Below are positions 37,640 to 49,700 of a stretch of DNA of 64,000 nt, one piece after another. Position 1 is the stretch's first letter. Every line of letters begins with the position of its first letter. The stretch is from Leucoraja ocellata (taxonomy: Eukaryota). The translations under genes and the position numbers were made by a program. The stretch is from assembly GCA_036785375.1 (NCBI GenBank), contig JAWMAR010000035.1, positions 186,001 to 250,000 of the forward strand, in the 5' to 3' direction. The notes under the pieces are model-generated. The model searched no databases. It saw nothing but the letters and a program-made list of their open reading frames with translations, and was not told the DNA's origin.

Positions 37640-37955
37640 TTCCATACCGGAAAGATGTGGAAAATTTGGAGAAGGCGCAGAAATGGTTTACCAGGATGCT
37701 GCCTGGATTAGAGGCTTTTAGCTATAGATAGAGGTTGGATGAACTTGGATTGTTTTTTCTGGAGTGTCAGAGACGGAGTGGAGACCTAATAGAAGTTTAT
37801 AAAATTATGAGACATTGTTAGGGTAGATGATCAGAATTATTTTTTTGGATAGAAATGTCAAATACTTGAGGGTGTAGATTTAAGGTCAGAGGGGAAAAGT
37901 TTAAAGAAGTATTTTTACAGAGAGTGGAACACATTGCCAGGGGTGGTGGTGATCT
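37640..37955 (+). mobile_element. CR1 3' fragment
   Basis: tttaccaggatgctgcctgga...cttggattgttttttctggag...gacctaatagaagtttataaaattatg. Confidence 0.8.
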
Positions 37956-37994
37956 GGATTAAGTGCATAGCCAGCAGGCTGAGAAGATAGTGTA

Positions 37995-38115
37995 GGAACT
38001 GCAGATGGACAGAAAAAGCTGGAGTAACTCAGCGGGACAGGCAGCATCTCTGGAGTGAAGGAATGGGTGACGTTTCAGGTCGAGACCCTTACTCCAGCTT
38101 TTTTGTGTCTATCTT
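37995..38115. repeat. Penelope terminal repeat with inverted end
   Basis: ggaactgcagatg...aaaagctggagtaactcagcgggacaggcagcatc...tgacgtttcaggtcgagaccc, followed by the inverted ttactccagcttttt. Confidence 0.8.
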
Positions 38116-39644
38116 TGGCTGAGAAGATTTTGCACATATTGACAGATTTGCACTTTTGGTCCTATTTTCACAACACATTCCAGTCCGGATTCCCACAGCA
38201 CTCAAGAAATTCCCCTACTATGATGGTGGGTTTTTTAAAATTATGCCCATGAAGGACAAAATCTGTTTGTTTATGAGGATGGATTGCAAATGCTGACCAT
38301 GCATCCACTTGAGTTTAGATTATTAAGATGCTGTAATTAAGATGATTAAAGGATTTGAGAGGATGGCTATGGAGAAATTGTTTCCTCTGCTGGGGGAAAA
38401 CACATCAAAGTGTCTTCAGATTGAAATTAGAGTAATTGGGGGATGATGTTAGGAAACACTTCAAGTAGAAATTTGGACACACCCCAAAGAAACCTACCAA
38501 GTCTTCAAAACTCATATGTCAGACCGTTGTTCAGTAAAACTATTATAGGATATAGAACAAGCTGTAATTGGACATGATTCAAACTAAGGGAACCTAATGA
38601 CCATCTGTTGTCCTTATGTATTAAGATATGGCTTTTATTGTGACACAGAGGAAATGGAGTGGTTTTGTCTCTAAGCCGTGGGAGACAATCTGCTGCACAA
38701 TCTAGCCACAATGTTATTTTGCTACTGGAATCTTCATTAAACTCAGAACTGGATAAATCTGAGAATAAAGCTCCAAGGTGAAACCGTCTTTGGTGGTCTA
38801 CGATGCTATTTAGATTTTACATAAAAATGCAGGACAGATGTCCTTGGAGGTTAAATTCCCTAGAATGCCACTGGAACTTCAAATGTTACATTCTAAAAGA
38901 CCGGTATCTCTTGAGTTTCAAAACATAGGTGATCCAGGAGAGTCAATTAAAATATTAAATATCCAATAATTGGGTGCAAAGAGGATGATTTGAGCTGCAA
39001 GGACACCGTCTTCACAGTAATCGCACATGAAAAACAACCACTGAGACAAAGTGCACGAGGGTAATGGGAGCCCACGGGTGAGTACCTCAACCACTTAAAA
39101 ATATGCAAAGTGGAAATAGGAATCTAAATAATAACCGATGCAGAACTATGAAACAGAATGATTATACAACCAATGCAGTGTCAAAGGTAAGTGCCTACAA
39201 AGTACATCACATGCTCCCTGCAGTATCAATCTCTACCAAGCATTTCCAGAAGTCTCTGCCAAAATATTTGCTGCAGCATTTCCAAGTACTCTGTGTCACC
39301 TTTGCCAACTCTGCAGAGTGGCTGAAAATAAATTGTTTCATTTCACATGGAAAAAAAGCAATTGCATTGGCTGACTTTAAAAAAATTCTTACTGGATCTG
39401 GTATAAAGTTAAACTCTGGCACAAGTTCAACTCAGCCCAAATTTGACATTTAGTAGGTCAGATGTAATACAGAGATTCATAGTTATGATATGTGGGTTGC
39501 AGGTTGATTGTAAGCAGGTATCCAAAGCAAAAGACATAGGCATTTGGTAGGTAGAACCAAGATACTGATCTGCTGTGACCAAGCAATGCGGAAAAGGTTC
39601 AAGGGAACCTTCTGGGCTCCTTCTGTGCCTATTTTCATTTATAC

Positions 39645-39658
39645 CCTCTAGATGGCAC
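39645..39658 (+). promoter_or_regulatory. Candidate CTCF site
   Basis: CCTCTAGATGGCAC matches the CTCF core CCnCnAGRKGGCR, in unique sequence about 2 kb from the CpG promoter. Motif match only. Confidence 0.4.
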
Positions 39659-40073
39659 TGAAGGTGCAACTTCATTTACGCTCAGAGCCATTTACCATCT
39701 CATACAGTGGCCTGTCATGACTGACACATGCGTTTCTGAGGACATCATACATCAGCAAGTTCTTAAACCTAAATCATTCAAGAACATCAGCTTGTGAGAG
39801 TCACTGACCCAGTGGAACCAAAGCCAAATCTAGCATTCTAGGACAGAATAATTTAATTGGACATGGTGCGGAAACTGTTACAAATGCGCAACACTGAAGA
39901 ACTTAACAGCATGGACACTACACCGGTTTACACTAGTGGGCACAACCACACCTAGGTATTATAAATATAATCATTAATAAATACAATATTGATTCAGGAG
40001 AAACTTGTTTACTTGAATGCTGAGAATATGGAACTCAAGATATGTGGTGGAGAAAATGACACGTAAAACCAGA

Positions 40074-40384
40074 TTTAGTTTAGTTTAGAGATGCAGCGCG
40101 GAAACAAGCCTTTCGGCCCACCGAGTCCACGCCGACCAGCGATCTCCGCACATCAACACTATCCTACACACACTAGGGTCAATTTACAATTATACCAGTA
40201 CTAATTAACTTACAAACGTACGTCTTTGGAGTGTGAGAGGAAACCAGAGCATACCCTGGAAACCCATGCAGGTCACGGGGAGAACCTACAAACTCCGTAG
40301 AGACAAGCACTCCTAGTCAGGATTGAGTCGGGGTCTTTGGCGCTGTAAGACAGCAACTCCACCGCTACGCCACCGTGCCGCCCC
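40074..40384 (-). mobile_element. tRNA-derived SINE (HE1/V-SINE type)
   Basis: Reverse complement of the 13504-13817 family, from cgccaccgtgccgcccc back to (tttag)n. Confidence 0.9.
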
Positions 40385-40864
40385 ATTGCATGAACCAATT
40401 TTTGTAATATTTTGCAGCACCTTTTCAGTGCCTCTAAATCATTTTAGAAATCATCACCTGGAAATGTGGTGCAAACTGGAGCAAGCAATACTTCCCAACA
40501 TTTCAAATCCCTCCTTGAAAAGAAGAAAAAACAAGGCAAGTAGTAGCATTTAGAATATTGTTATTTAGTTTAAAGATATAGCATTGAAACAGTTCCTTCG
40601 GCCCACCAGGTCAATGCCAACCATTGATCACCCATTCACACTAGTTCTGTTTTCTCACTTTTCCATTCACTCCCAACACATGATTTTATTCATGTCGATT
40701 ATCAAAGACTTTTAGAAAATCAAGATAAATGATTTATTCTCATCTTTTATTTTGTCACCGTTACAAACAATTCAAGTGTTTAGTCAAGATTTCCCCTTTG
40801 AAATCCATGGTATTGTTATCTGTTTAGTTCTAGATTATTTTCTGGTTTCTACTTTTAATTGGAT

Positions 40865-41185
40865 CGGGGGGGGGGGAGGGTGTTGGGGGTTAGATGGAGG
40901 TTATCTGAAATTGGAGGATTAAGTGTTCATACCATTGGGTTGTAAGCTACCCAAGTAGAATATGAGGTTCTCTTCCTTCAGTTTGCATGTGGCCTCGCTC
41001 TGGCAATGGACGAGGCCCAGGACAGAAAGGTCAGTATAGGAATGGGAGTTAAAATGGTTAACAACAGGCAGATCCAGGCAGGCCTTGGAGGTCCAAAAGC
41101 AAGTTTTCAATGAAATGGTCACCTAGCCTACATTACAGGAGGCCTCATCGGATTAGAGAATAGAAGAGGTGCATGTAAACATAGG
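40865..41185 (-). mobile_element. Old Penelope GIY-YIG C-terminal fragment
   Basis: LPVVNHFNSHSYTDLSVLGL...KLKEENLIFYLGSLQPNGMN. Confidence 0.8.
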
Positions 41186-41619
41186 CCCACTGACCCAAAT
41201 TATCTATGTCAACCAGGACATCTACCTGGGTTAGTCCCATCTACCCATGCTCAGTTCACATCTCTCTAAATATTTCACATTGGTCTACCTCTCTAATTGT
41301 ATCCACCTCTACTACTTCCATGTGGCAGTTGTTCCCATATATCCACCACAGAGAAAATGCAGCCCCTGAATGAACACCTCTTTAAATCTTTCGCCATAAT
41401 CTACTGAAACCACTAGAGCAACTAAACCTCGAAGGAGCTGGTGCCTCGACAGCCCGTCCCCTCGGTGAGCCACTGGCCATAGCCTGTTCCCCTGGTCTCA
41501 CTGGCTGCAGCCCATTCCCCAGTGTGTAGACTGCACCTAGCCCTTTCCTCTGGTATCGCTGGCTGTGGACCAAAGATCTTTGCTGTGGACCATTGCCCTG
41601 GCTCCAACCCATTACCCAG

Positions 41620-41885
41620 TGACCCCACTGGCTGTAGACCCGCCCCCAGGGTCACTGAGCCGGATGTGATGCACGGGGACGGGACGACACGCCCCACCCC
41701 CTCTCTCGTCACCGCGGGGCGCACGTGACGATCAGCAGCTAATGTCAGCGCACTACGTGACGTGTCACGTCCGGCGCGAACGTCAAACGCAAGATGACGT
41801 CAGACACTTCCGCGGCAGCGCCTCTTTGGCCAAAAATAACCGATCTGATTGGCTGTTGACGGCCCCGCCTCAACCACGCTCTTTC
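41620..41885. promoter_or_regulatory. CpG-rich promoter, probably the upstream TSS region of MAP3K13 (minus strand), possibly bidirectional
   Basis: Non-repeat CpG cluster containing CACGTGAC (41722), ACGTGAC-GT-GTCACGT (41755-41770), full CRE TGACGTCA (41795-41802), ETS CACTTCCG (41805), CTGATTGGCT NF-Y box (41845-41854) and GC boxes. Candidate minus-strand donor TGG|GTAATG at 41616/41615. Confidence 0.75.
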
Positions 41886-41909
41886 CCACCAAAGATCCTC
41901 GCTATAGGA

Positions 41910-42155
41910 AGGTACAACATTGCTGGAGAAACTCAGCGGGTGCAGCAGCATCTATAGAGCGAAGGAGATAGGCGACGTTTCGGGCCGAAACCCTTCCTCA
42001 GACTCTGGAAGGGTTTCGGCCCGGCAAGTAGTAGCATTTAGACCAGCACCCAGTCGCCTATTTCCTTCGCTCCATAGATGCTGCTGCACCCGCTGAGTTT
42101 CTCCAGCAATTTTGTGTACCTTCAATCTTCCAGCATCTGCAGTTCCTTCTTGAAC
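41910..42155. mobile_element. Head-to-head (palindromic) Penelope terminal-repeat insertion
   Basis: 41910-41997 and 42007-42122 are inverted copies. Flanked by TCCT(C/T)GCTATAGGA at 41896-41909 and 42156-42169. Confidence 0.88.
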
Positions 42156-42189
42156 TCCTTGCTATAGGATCCTTGTTTCCCACTGCTTT

Positions 42190-42720
42190 TGTGCCCAACA
42201 CCCCCACCCCCTGCCCCAATACCCCCCTCCTTCTCCAATACCCCTCTCATGCCTATGTACCCCCCTCCTGCTATAATACCCAACACCCACACCTCCTGCC
42301 CCAACACCCCACCCCCTGTTATAATGCCCAATACCCCCTCCTGGTATAATGCCCAATACCCACACCGCCTGCCCCAACACCCCACCCCCTGCTGCCATCT
42401 GCTCACAACTCCGCCTGCCCTAATCTCCCAACACCCTCATCCTGCCCCAATTCCCCAACATCTCCCTACCCAATACCCCACTGCTCCTGCCCCCCTCCTG
42501 CACAGACCTCCAATACCCCTCCTGCCCCACACACGACCGCACGCCTGCCCCACACGCTCCCATCTTCTCCAGTTCATACCCTTCTTCCCTTCTCTTTCTA
42601 CAACCTGGCTGGTTCCTCGCCTCCCACCTCTACCCTTCCTCTCCCTGTGCTCTAGCCCACCCTCCTTCTGTGCATCTACCCAATAACCCACCCGACTTCA
42701 GCTTTCCCGCCCCTCCAAAA
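42190..42720. repeat. C-rich degenerate minisatellite
   Basis: Repeated ccaa(t/c)acccc...cctgcccc units with strong C/G strand skew. Confidence 0.8.
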
Positions 42721-42899
42721 GCAATTTTTCTGCAGCACCCAGCCTCCTCATCTGCTCTTCTCCCCGTCGCCCAGCTACTGCCCCTCCACGCTGTGAAGTG
42801 AGGAGCTGGAGTTGGGCCTTGATCCAGACATGCTGCTCAGTGACCTGCAGCACGGCCTGTGGTGCCTGCATCAAAGGTCAGAGCAAGTAGAACTGAATA

Positions 42900-43210
42900 T
42901 GAGAGATTGCAACACCATCCAAGATGGCACATTTCAGGTGAGATGTTTAACTGAGACCCTGCACGGACATAAAACATCCCACACCACTATTTCAAAAAAG
43001 AGCAAAGATATCTTCCACACATCTCCAGCCAACATTTTATCCTCAACAAAAGTGATTGGATAATTGTCACATTGTTGTTTCTGGGACTGTGCCATGTACA
43101 CTGGGTTTATATATTTCAAACATTATAATAGTGGGTACACTTCAAAAATACTCAATGGTTGTCAGGCACTTTGCGATGTCCTTGGGTCAGTAAAGGTGCT
43201 TTATTTTTAG
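42900..43210 (+). mobile_element. Ancient Deu-domain SINE (SacSINE1-like)
   Basis: tttcaggtgagatgtttaactgagaccct, cactatttcaaaaaagagca, attgtcacattgttgtttctggga and an L2-like tail cacttcaaaaatactc...ggcactttg...aaaggtgct. Related relics at about 34150-34330 and 47660-47950. Confidence 0.65.
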
Positions 43211-43524
43211 CATGCACAAAAAGGAAAGGTGACTAAACAACAACATCCAACATCATTATCACAGCTGAATTTCCTTTCTTATTAAGCCAACTGTACAAGA
43301 GCTCCTCCTTCTCAACGTAATTCAGAGTGAGAGCATCTGGTGAAAGGTCAAGAATACATTATTAATGCCAGTTGCTTCTATGGCTCCCAATTTGCAGGGG
43401 TACCTCCTCTCATTTCCTTCTCACAATTCAAGGAACATGACATCTAAACAAAGTCTCAGATCATATTATACACCAACAGATGAGGGCACGTGATCATTCT
43501 TTCATGAAGAAGTAGAGGTATAAG

Positions 43525-43870
43525 TTTTAAAGAGATTTAGCATGTCACCAAAATACTCTTACAAACTTTCTACAGATACATTGTCGACAGTATCCTGACT
43601 GGTTACATCGTGTCCGGGTGCAACAAATCAAACTCACAGGAACGCAAGAGGTTGTACAGAATGGTGGACTCTGCCCAGTCCATAATGAGCACATACCTCC
43701 CCACCATCATAGCATCTACGAGCCAATGTCTCAAGAAGGTGGCATCTATCATGAATCCTTCACCAAGAATCCTCACCATCTGGGTCACGTCCGCTTGTCA
43801 CTGCTACCAAGATTTTTATTGTACCTGCACCTCAGTGTACTTGTGCAAATAGCAATAAACATAACTTGAG
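43525..43870 (+). mobile_element. Old Rex1/Babar 3' fragment
   Basis: QERKRLYRMVDSAQSI...CLKKVASI, then a tail gtgcaaatagcaataaac. Confidence 0.75.
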
Positions 43871-44499
43871 GTTTTTGAAAGAGTTAACACCACTATTTCG
43901 CTGTTAAAATATAGCCCCATACCCAATTCTGAATTCGGGAGTATAGCATACTGAAGGTGAGAAGATGGAATCTCCAATTACTTACTCGACTCACCTTGAA
44001 GTTGAATATTTTCATCAAATTAATTTCCAGCATCTAATTCCAGCACTCTCTGAACATCCCAGACTTTTCCCCTCCCTGACCTTTCCCCTCCCTCTTTCAA
44101 CTTCTGTATCTCAGGATGTAGGCATTAATGGCAAGATAGGCATTTATTGCAATATCACCAAGTTAATAATGAGCTATCATCTTGAACAGCTGCGGTCGCT
44201 CTGGTGAAGGTGTTATTCAGGAGGAAGTTTCCGGGATTTAGACTGTCACTGATATATTTCCAAGTTGGAATGGTGAGTGATTTGAAGGGAAACCTGTAGA
44301 TGCCCTTGTCCTTCTCTGTGATGGAGGGTCTGGAGAAGTAGTCGGGATGAGAAACTTCAATGCACTTTGTAGCTGGTACTTATTGCAGCCGCAATGCTCC
44401 AACGATGGTGGGAACGACTGTTTAGGGTGGTGGATGGAGAACCATGCAAATGTCCTGCTTTGGCCTAGATGGTGCAGAACGTCTACAGGGTTTGGAGTC

Positions 44500-46020
44500 T
44501 CAGAGCATAAAAACATACCTTCAGCTCACCTCGTCCATTTAACCAAGATGCCTGATCTAAGCTTGTCCCATTTGCCCACATTTGGTCCACATCTCTCTAA
44601 ATCTCTCCTAACCTAACCATATACTTGTCCAAGAATCTTTTAAATGGTGTTATTGTTCCTGCCTCAACTACTTTCTCTGGCAGCTCATTCCATATATCCA
44701 CCATGAAAAATATGGCCCCTCAAATTCCTATAAAATCTTTTTGTACTCACCTTAATCTATATCTGCTGGTTGTTGGTTCCCCAATAAAAGACTGTGCATT
44801 CTCCCTATCAATCCCCTCTCATGTTTTAATACATCTCCATAAGATCATCCCTTAGCCTCCTGCTCTCCAACGATTAAAATCGAAGCTTGCCCAATCTATT
44901 TGTATACCTCAGGCCTTCGAATCCTGGCAACATCCTCGTATATCATCTCTATATTCTTTCTATCTTAATGACATACTTCCTATAGCACGTTGAATAAAAT
45001 GGAACACAATATTCCAAATAGGTTTCACCAATATCTTGCACAACTGTAACATAATGTCTCAATTTATAAAGAACTTACAACATTATGTTACAGTTGTACA
45101 AGACATCTGAAGAAAGGTCCCAACTTGAAACATCACCTCTTCATGTTCTCCAGAAATGCTGCCCGACCAACTAAGTTACTCCAGCACTTTGCTTTTTTTG
45201 TCCCAATTTCTACACTCAACCTTCTGACTGATGAAGGCCAATGAAGCAAAAGCCTACTTTACCACCCTATTTACCTGTGAAACCATGAAGCTCCTGCCCT
45301 GGTTTGAAATCCCAGAATACAATACCTTAAGCATATCTGCATTAAACTCCATCAGCCATTCTTCTGCCCACTTGGGCATTTGATCGAGACTGTTTTTCTA
45401 ATTTTTGATAACCATCCTCGCTCTCTATATCACCTACCTTAGAATCATCTCCAAACTTACGAATCATGGCTTGCACATCTCATGTAATTCAATGATATAA
45501 ACCACAAACAGCAATGGCCCAGCACCAATCCATGAGACACACGGATAGTCACAAGCCTCCAATCTGAAAATCAACTTTCCACCATCAACCACTGCTTCTT
45601 TCCATGAAGCCAATTCTGTATCCAGGCAGTTTGATCTCCCCGGATGTCATGTGATCTAACCTTCTGGAGCATCCACCATGCGGAACCTTATCAAAGGCCT
45701 TGCTGAAGTCCATACAAACACCTATGACCCTGCGCTATTTAGATTTCTTGGTTATTTCACCAAAAACTCAATCAAATTGATGAGACTCAATTTCCCATGT
45801 ACAAAACCATATTGACTATCCCTAATCAGCCTCTGACTTTCTAAATGCATATATATTTAATCCCTCTGAATCCTCTCCAGTAACTTCCCTGCCATAAATG
45901 TTAGGCTAATTGGTTTATTATTCCCAGGCTTTCCTTGCAGCCATTAAATAGAGGTACAACATTAGCTATCCTCCATCCTCCAGTCAACGGGCACCTAACC
46001 CACATCTAACAATGATCCAT
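44500..46020 (-). mobile_element. Old CR1 LINE RT to 3' end with a nested Penelope terminal repeat (45066-45198)
   Basis: Reverse strand has MDFSKAFDKVPH (about 45675-45715) and QYGF. Colinear with 18292-19632. Confidence 0.85.
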
Positions 46021-46023
46021 ATA

Positions 46024-46795
46024 CAGTGGCTTGCAAAAGTTTTCATACCCCTTGAACTTTTCCACATTTTGTCACGTTACAACCACAAACATGAATGCAT
46101 ATTATTGGGATTTTATGTGATAGACCAACACAAAGTGACGCATAATTGTGAAGTGGAAGGAAAATGATACATGGTTTTCAAATTTTTTTACAAATAAAAA
46201 ACTGAAAAGTGTGGCATGCAAAAGTATTCAGCCCCCTTTACTCTGATACCCCTAAATAAAATCCGGTGCAACCAATTGCCTTCAGAAGTCACCTAATTAG
46301 TAAATAGAGTCCACTTGTGTGTAATCTAATCTCAGTATAAATACAGCTGTTCAGTGAAGGCCTCAGAGGTTTGTTAGAGAACATTAGTGAACAAACAGCA
46401 TCATGAAGCCCAAGGAACACACCAGACAGGTCAGGGATAAAGTTGTGGAGAAGTTTAAAGCAGGGTTAGGTTATAAAAAAATATCCCAAGCTTTGAACAT
46501 CTCACGGAGCACTGTTCAATCCATCATCCGAAAATGGAAAGAGTATGGCACAACTGCAAACCTACCAAGACATGGCCGTCCACCTAAACTTACAGGCCGG
46601 GCAAGGAGAGCATTGATCAGAGAATCAGTAAAAAAATTTGAAAACCATGTATCATTTTCCTTCCACTTCACAATTATGCACCACTTTGTGTTGGTCTATC
46701 ACATAAAAACCCAATAAAATACATTTACATTTGTGGTTGTAACGTGACAAAATGTGGAAAAGTTCAAGGGGTATGGAAACTTTTGCAAGCCACTG
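46024..46795 (+). mobile_element. Tc1 IR/DR-type (Passport-like) DNA transposon, internally deleted
   Basis: 168-bp inverted repeats at 46024-46191 and 46628-46795, TA on both sides, inner DR at 46211-46230. The transposase N-terminus MKPKEHTRQVRDKVVEKF..GLGYKKIS...GRPPKL (46403-46625) has the paired HTH; the DDE domain is absent. Confidence 0.95.
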
Positions 46796-49700
46796 TATCT
46801 CAGTCAGGGTTTCTGCAAATTTTTCCCTCTCTGATGAGTATGTCAGTCACGGCACACCACTGGGTATAATTCTGAAAGGAACAGTTTCTTCAATGTATAA
46901 TACAAGCACGATACTGGTGAGACAAAACTGGCACTATTCGGTACAGTGGGATAATATTGGTGGACAGGTCTGGCACTGTACATTGAGATAGAGCACTGTT
47001 GATTACAGGTCTGCCATGGCACAATAAGCAAGGATAGGTGTGTGACTGCATAACAGGTTAGAGACCGTTTAACAGGATTCTGGACATTGGGAGACTCCGT
47101 AATTTGGCTAATTAGTCATAGTTTCTTCACTGACAATTTGATCAGTCTATAAATTAGCATATCTCACATCACCTCTCACACATGCTCAAATGTTGCTGAA
47201 ATGCTTCACAAGAAATGTCATAAGGAAACTGAAATGTCTTTAGTTTTTTTAAATTTTACCTGTATCACCTCTGAACTGAGCTTTCTATATTAAAGGAAGT
47301 TGCTTAGATTTCAGCATCTGAATAATTGTATAATGCTACTACACATTAATAATTAGAACTAATCTAAGCGGAGATATGCTGATGCTTTTAACATGTCTGT
47401 CCATTTCCATACTCAGTTACAGAACTTGCACAGAACATACAGAATGCATGCTTGATTTTCATTGCAAGTTCTGTTGAGCTGAAATCTGAGATTTCTCAGC
47501 AACTTTCCGACAGATCACAGGATTTATGTCAGTGGCACCATCTGGATTCCCAAGAGAGCACAAGCAGAAGCCTTAGAGGAGCAGGTTAGCAATTGCAGAG
47601 AGGTGGTGAGTGCGGCCTCCGACTTCTAACAATGCGACAAACTTATTTGCCTTGACTTTGTTGGTGTATGTTTCACTTCTGTGCCACAAGATAGGGTGTT
47701 CAAATTCCAGTGCAGAAACATGATATAATGATCCCACTGCATAGCTTGAGGAAGAGATTGCTCTGTTACCCTGGCCAAAATGCAGCCCTCTAGTAACAAT
47801 ACCAAACAGCGGTTATTTACTCATAATATCATTGGTGAATTACCTTAATTTCAGTCTGCCTGCTGCGTTTCCCTACATTGACTGCACTTCAAAATGACTG
47901 CAAATTGTTTGGGGCATCAGAAGATTTGTGGTGCAAATCTTTCTTCCTTCTCCGCAAGTCAGTAGTTGTTAATGCGATATATATTATACCTTAGAAAATA
48001 TTCGAACATCTTTTGTACAGGAACATTTACGTGGAATAATTCTGTAAACTCAGGTGCAATTGAAGATTTTGTATTTGAAGCCCTTCTCCCCCACCCCGTC
48101 TAGTTTTCTCCATTCCCTAATAGCTATCACTCATTCTATCTGTAGGATTCTAACCCTGCCAAGGAAAGCGATCAGCTCTGGGGGTGTGTAAACCCTAGTC
48201 TGTAGTACACTCTGTGGTACAATGTGTTTTCCTGCTTATCCTTTCCATGATTGAAGTCTTGGCTCCTGGGAGAAAATTCATGTATACATCCTACAGATTT
48301 GTTGAAATCCCTGGGTCCCCTCAATTTACAGTGGAATGGCATAATTCATATTCCATTGGGGCTCATCCTGAATGTTCACATGGATGGTAATCCCACATTC
48401 CCTGTTGTCAGGTTCTGTCTTGTATCCAGTACTCCACTTCCATTCTAGGTTTGTGGCGAGTTACCTGGATTGTACAAGAGCCGAGGGAGGGGAGGGCATT
48501 TTATGTTGATGCTGCTGTGGAAGAGCAAGGAACATTAACCGGGGTTCCTGCTTCCGATTTGCATCCAGGAACACGAGTATAGCATGGGATCCAGCCGGGT
48601 GAGGATAGGATGAGATCTGGCTCCGATGCTCTCACAGGTGGAGTTGACCTGATCATTATCATGCCGTACAATTAACATTTGGGGTATGTACTGAGGGAAA
48701 CTTAACCCTAGCAGGGTTTCTCAAAGAGAAGTCAGCGTAATCCAGAGATCATGCTCCCAATAGGAGGGAAAGGAAACTCATCCACACACATGAGCTCAAA
48801 TCTTGGAGTGACACCGGGTAAAAAGGGTGGGAGTACCAGTCTCGGGAATTCAGATTACCGCTCTGCAATTCCACGATCAGTTGGTGAACTGGGCCAGATG
48901 ATAATTACAATTGGTCTGAATTGACATTTCCCTTTGCATGGATCAGGCTGAATATACAGTATAACAGCACCTTATGAGGCAGTGCAAAGTATATAAACTT
49001 TACTTTCATAGTTGAAGATTTCATATACCCTTAATAGACAACTTTCCCCTCTGACTTATGGGTGCTGATCACACCCATTAACACAAGGTCAGAGATTCCG
49101 AATCACAAATAAAATTATCTGGCGGGAAGTTCTGAGTGTGTTGTGCTGCTAAATGCAATGCTCAAACATGCAAGAGAAGAGCCAATCCTGATCCCACCAG
49201 AAGGTAGCATCTTTCGGCAAAACTGCACTAAACATAACATCTCCAAGAGTGATGTGAAAACTGTCAGCGAATTCTGCGGAAATGATTAACACTTTGTGGA
49301 ACCAGAACCCAGTTCTGCTGAGGCGGGAGACAGAGCGGCAATTAACCAGAGGTCAAGCGTCACATCAGTAATAGCCTCGTCACGGGACATTATTCCACAG
49401 CTGTGCCGGTGTCCTCTCGTAACATGTCGCATGTCAAAGGGCAACCTTATCTTCAAAGAAACACACACTGGAACAACTACAGAAAGACAGCTTTCCACAT
49501 CTCACAGTCTATACCCTCAGTTTGCTCACATCTCTCCAGGGCCCTTCCTCAGTCTGTGCCGATCCGCCCCCCCTTCCCCCCATCACAATCAAATGCACAT
49601 CAGATCCATATTTAAACCTCCGCTGCTGCACCTCAGTAATACAGCCTCGGCTCCAGGCCCTCTCCACAGGCTGTCTACTGCCACATTAACCCAACTCTCG

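Noticed and set aside
42189-42686. 165-aa proline-rich ORF
   Set aside because: By-product of the C-rich minisatellite.
42736-42886. Possible plus-strand exon (tttttctgcag|...AAG|gtcaga; MLLSDLQHGLWCLHQR)
   Set aside because: Weak donor, no recognisable protein similarity, and it abuts a SINE.
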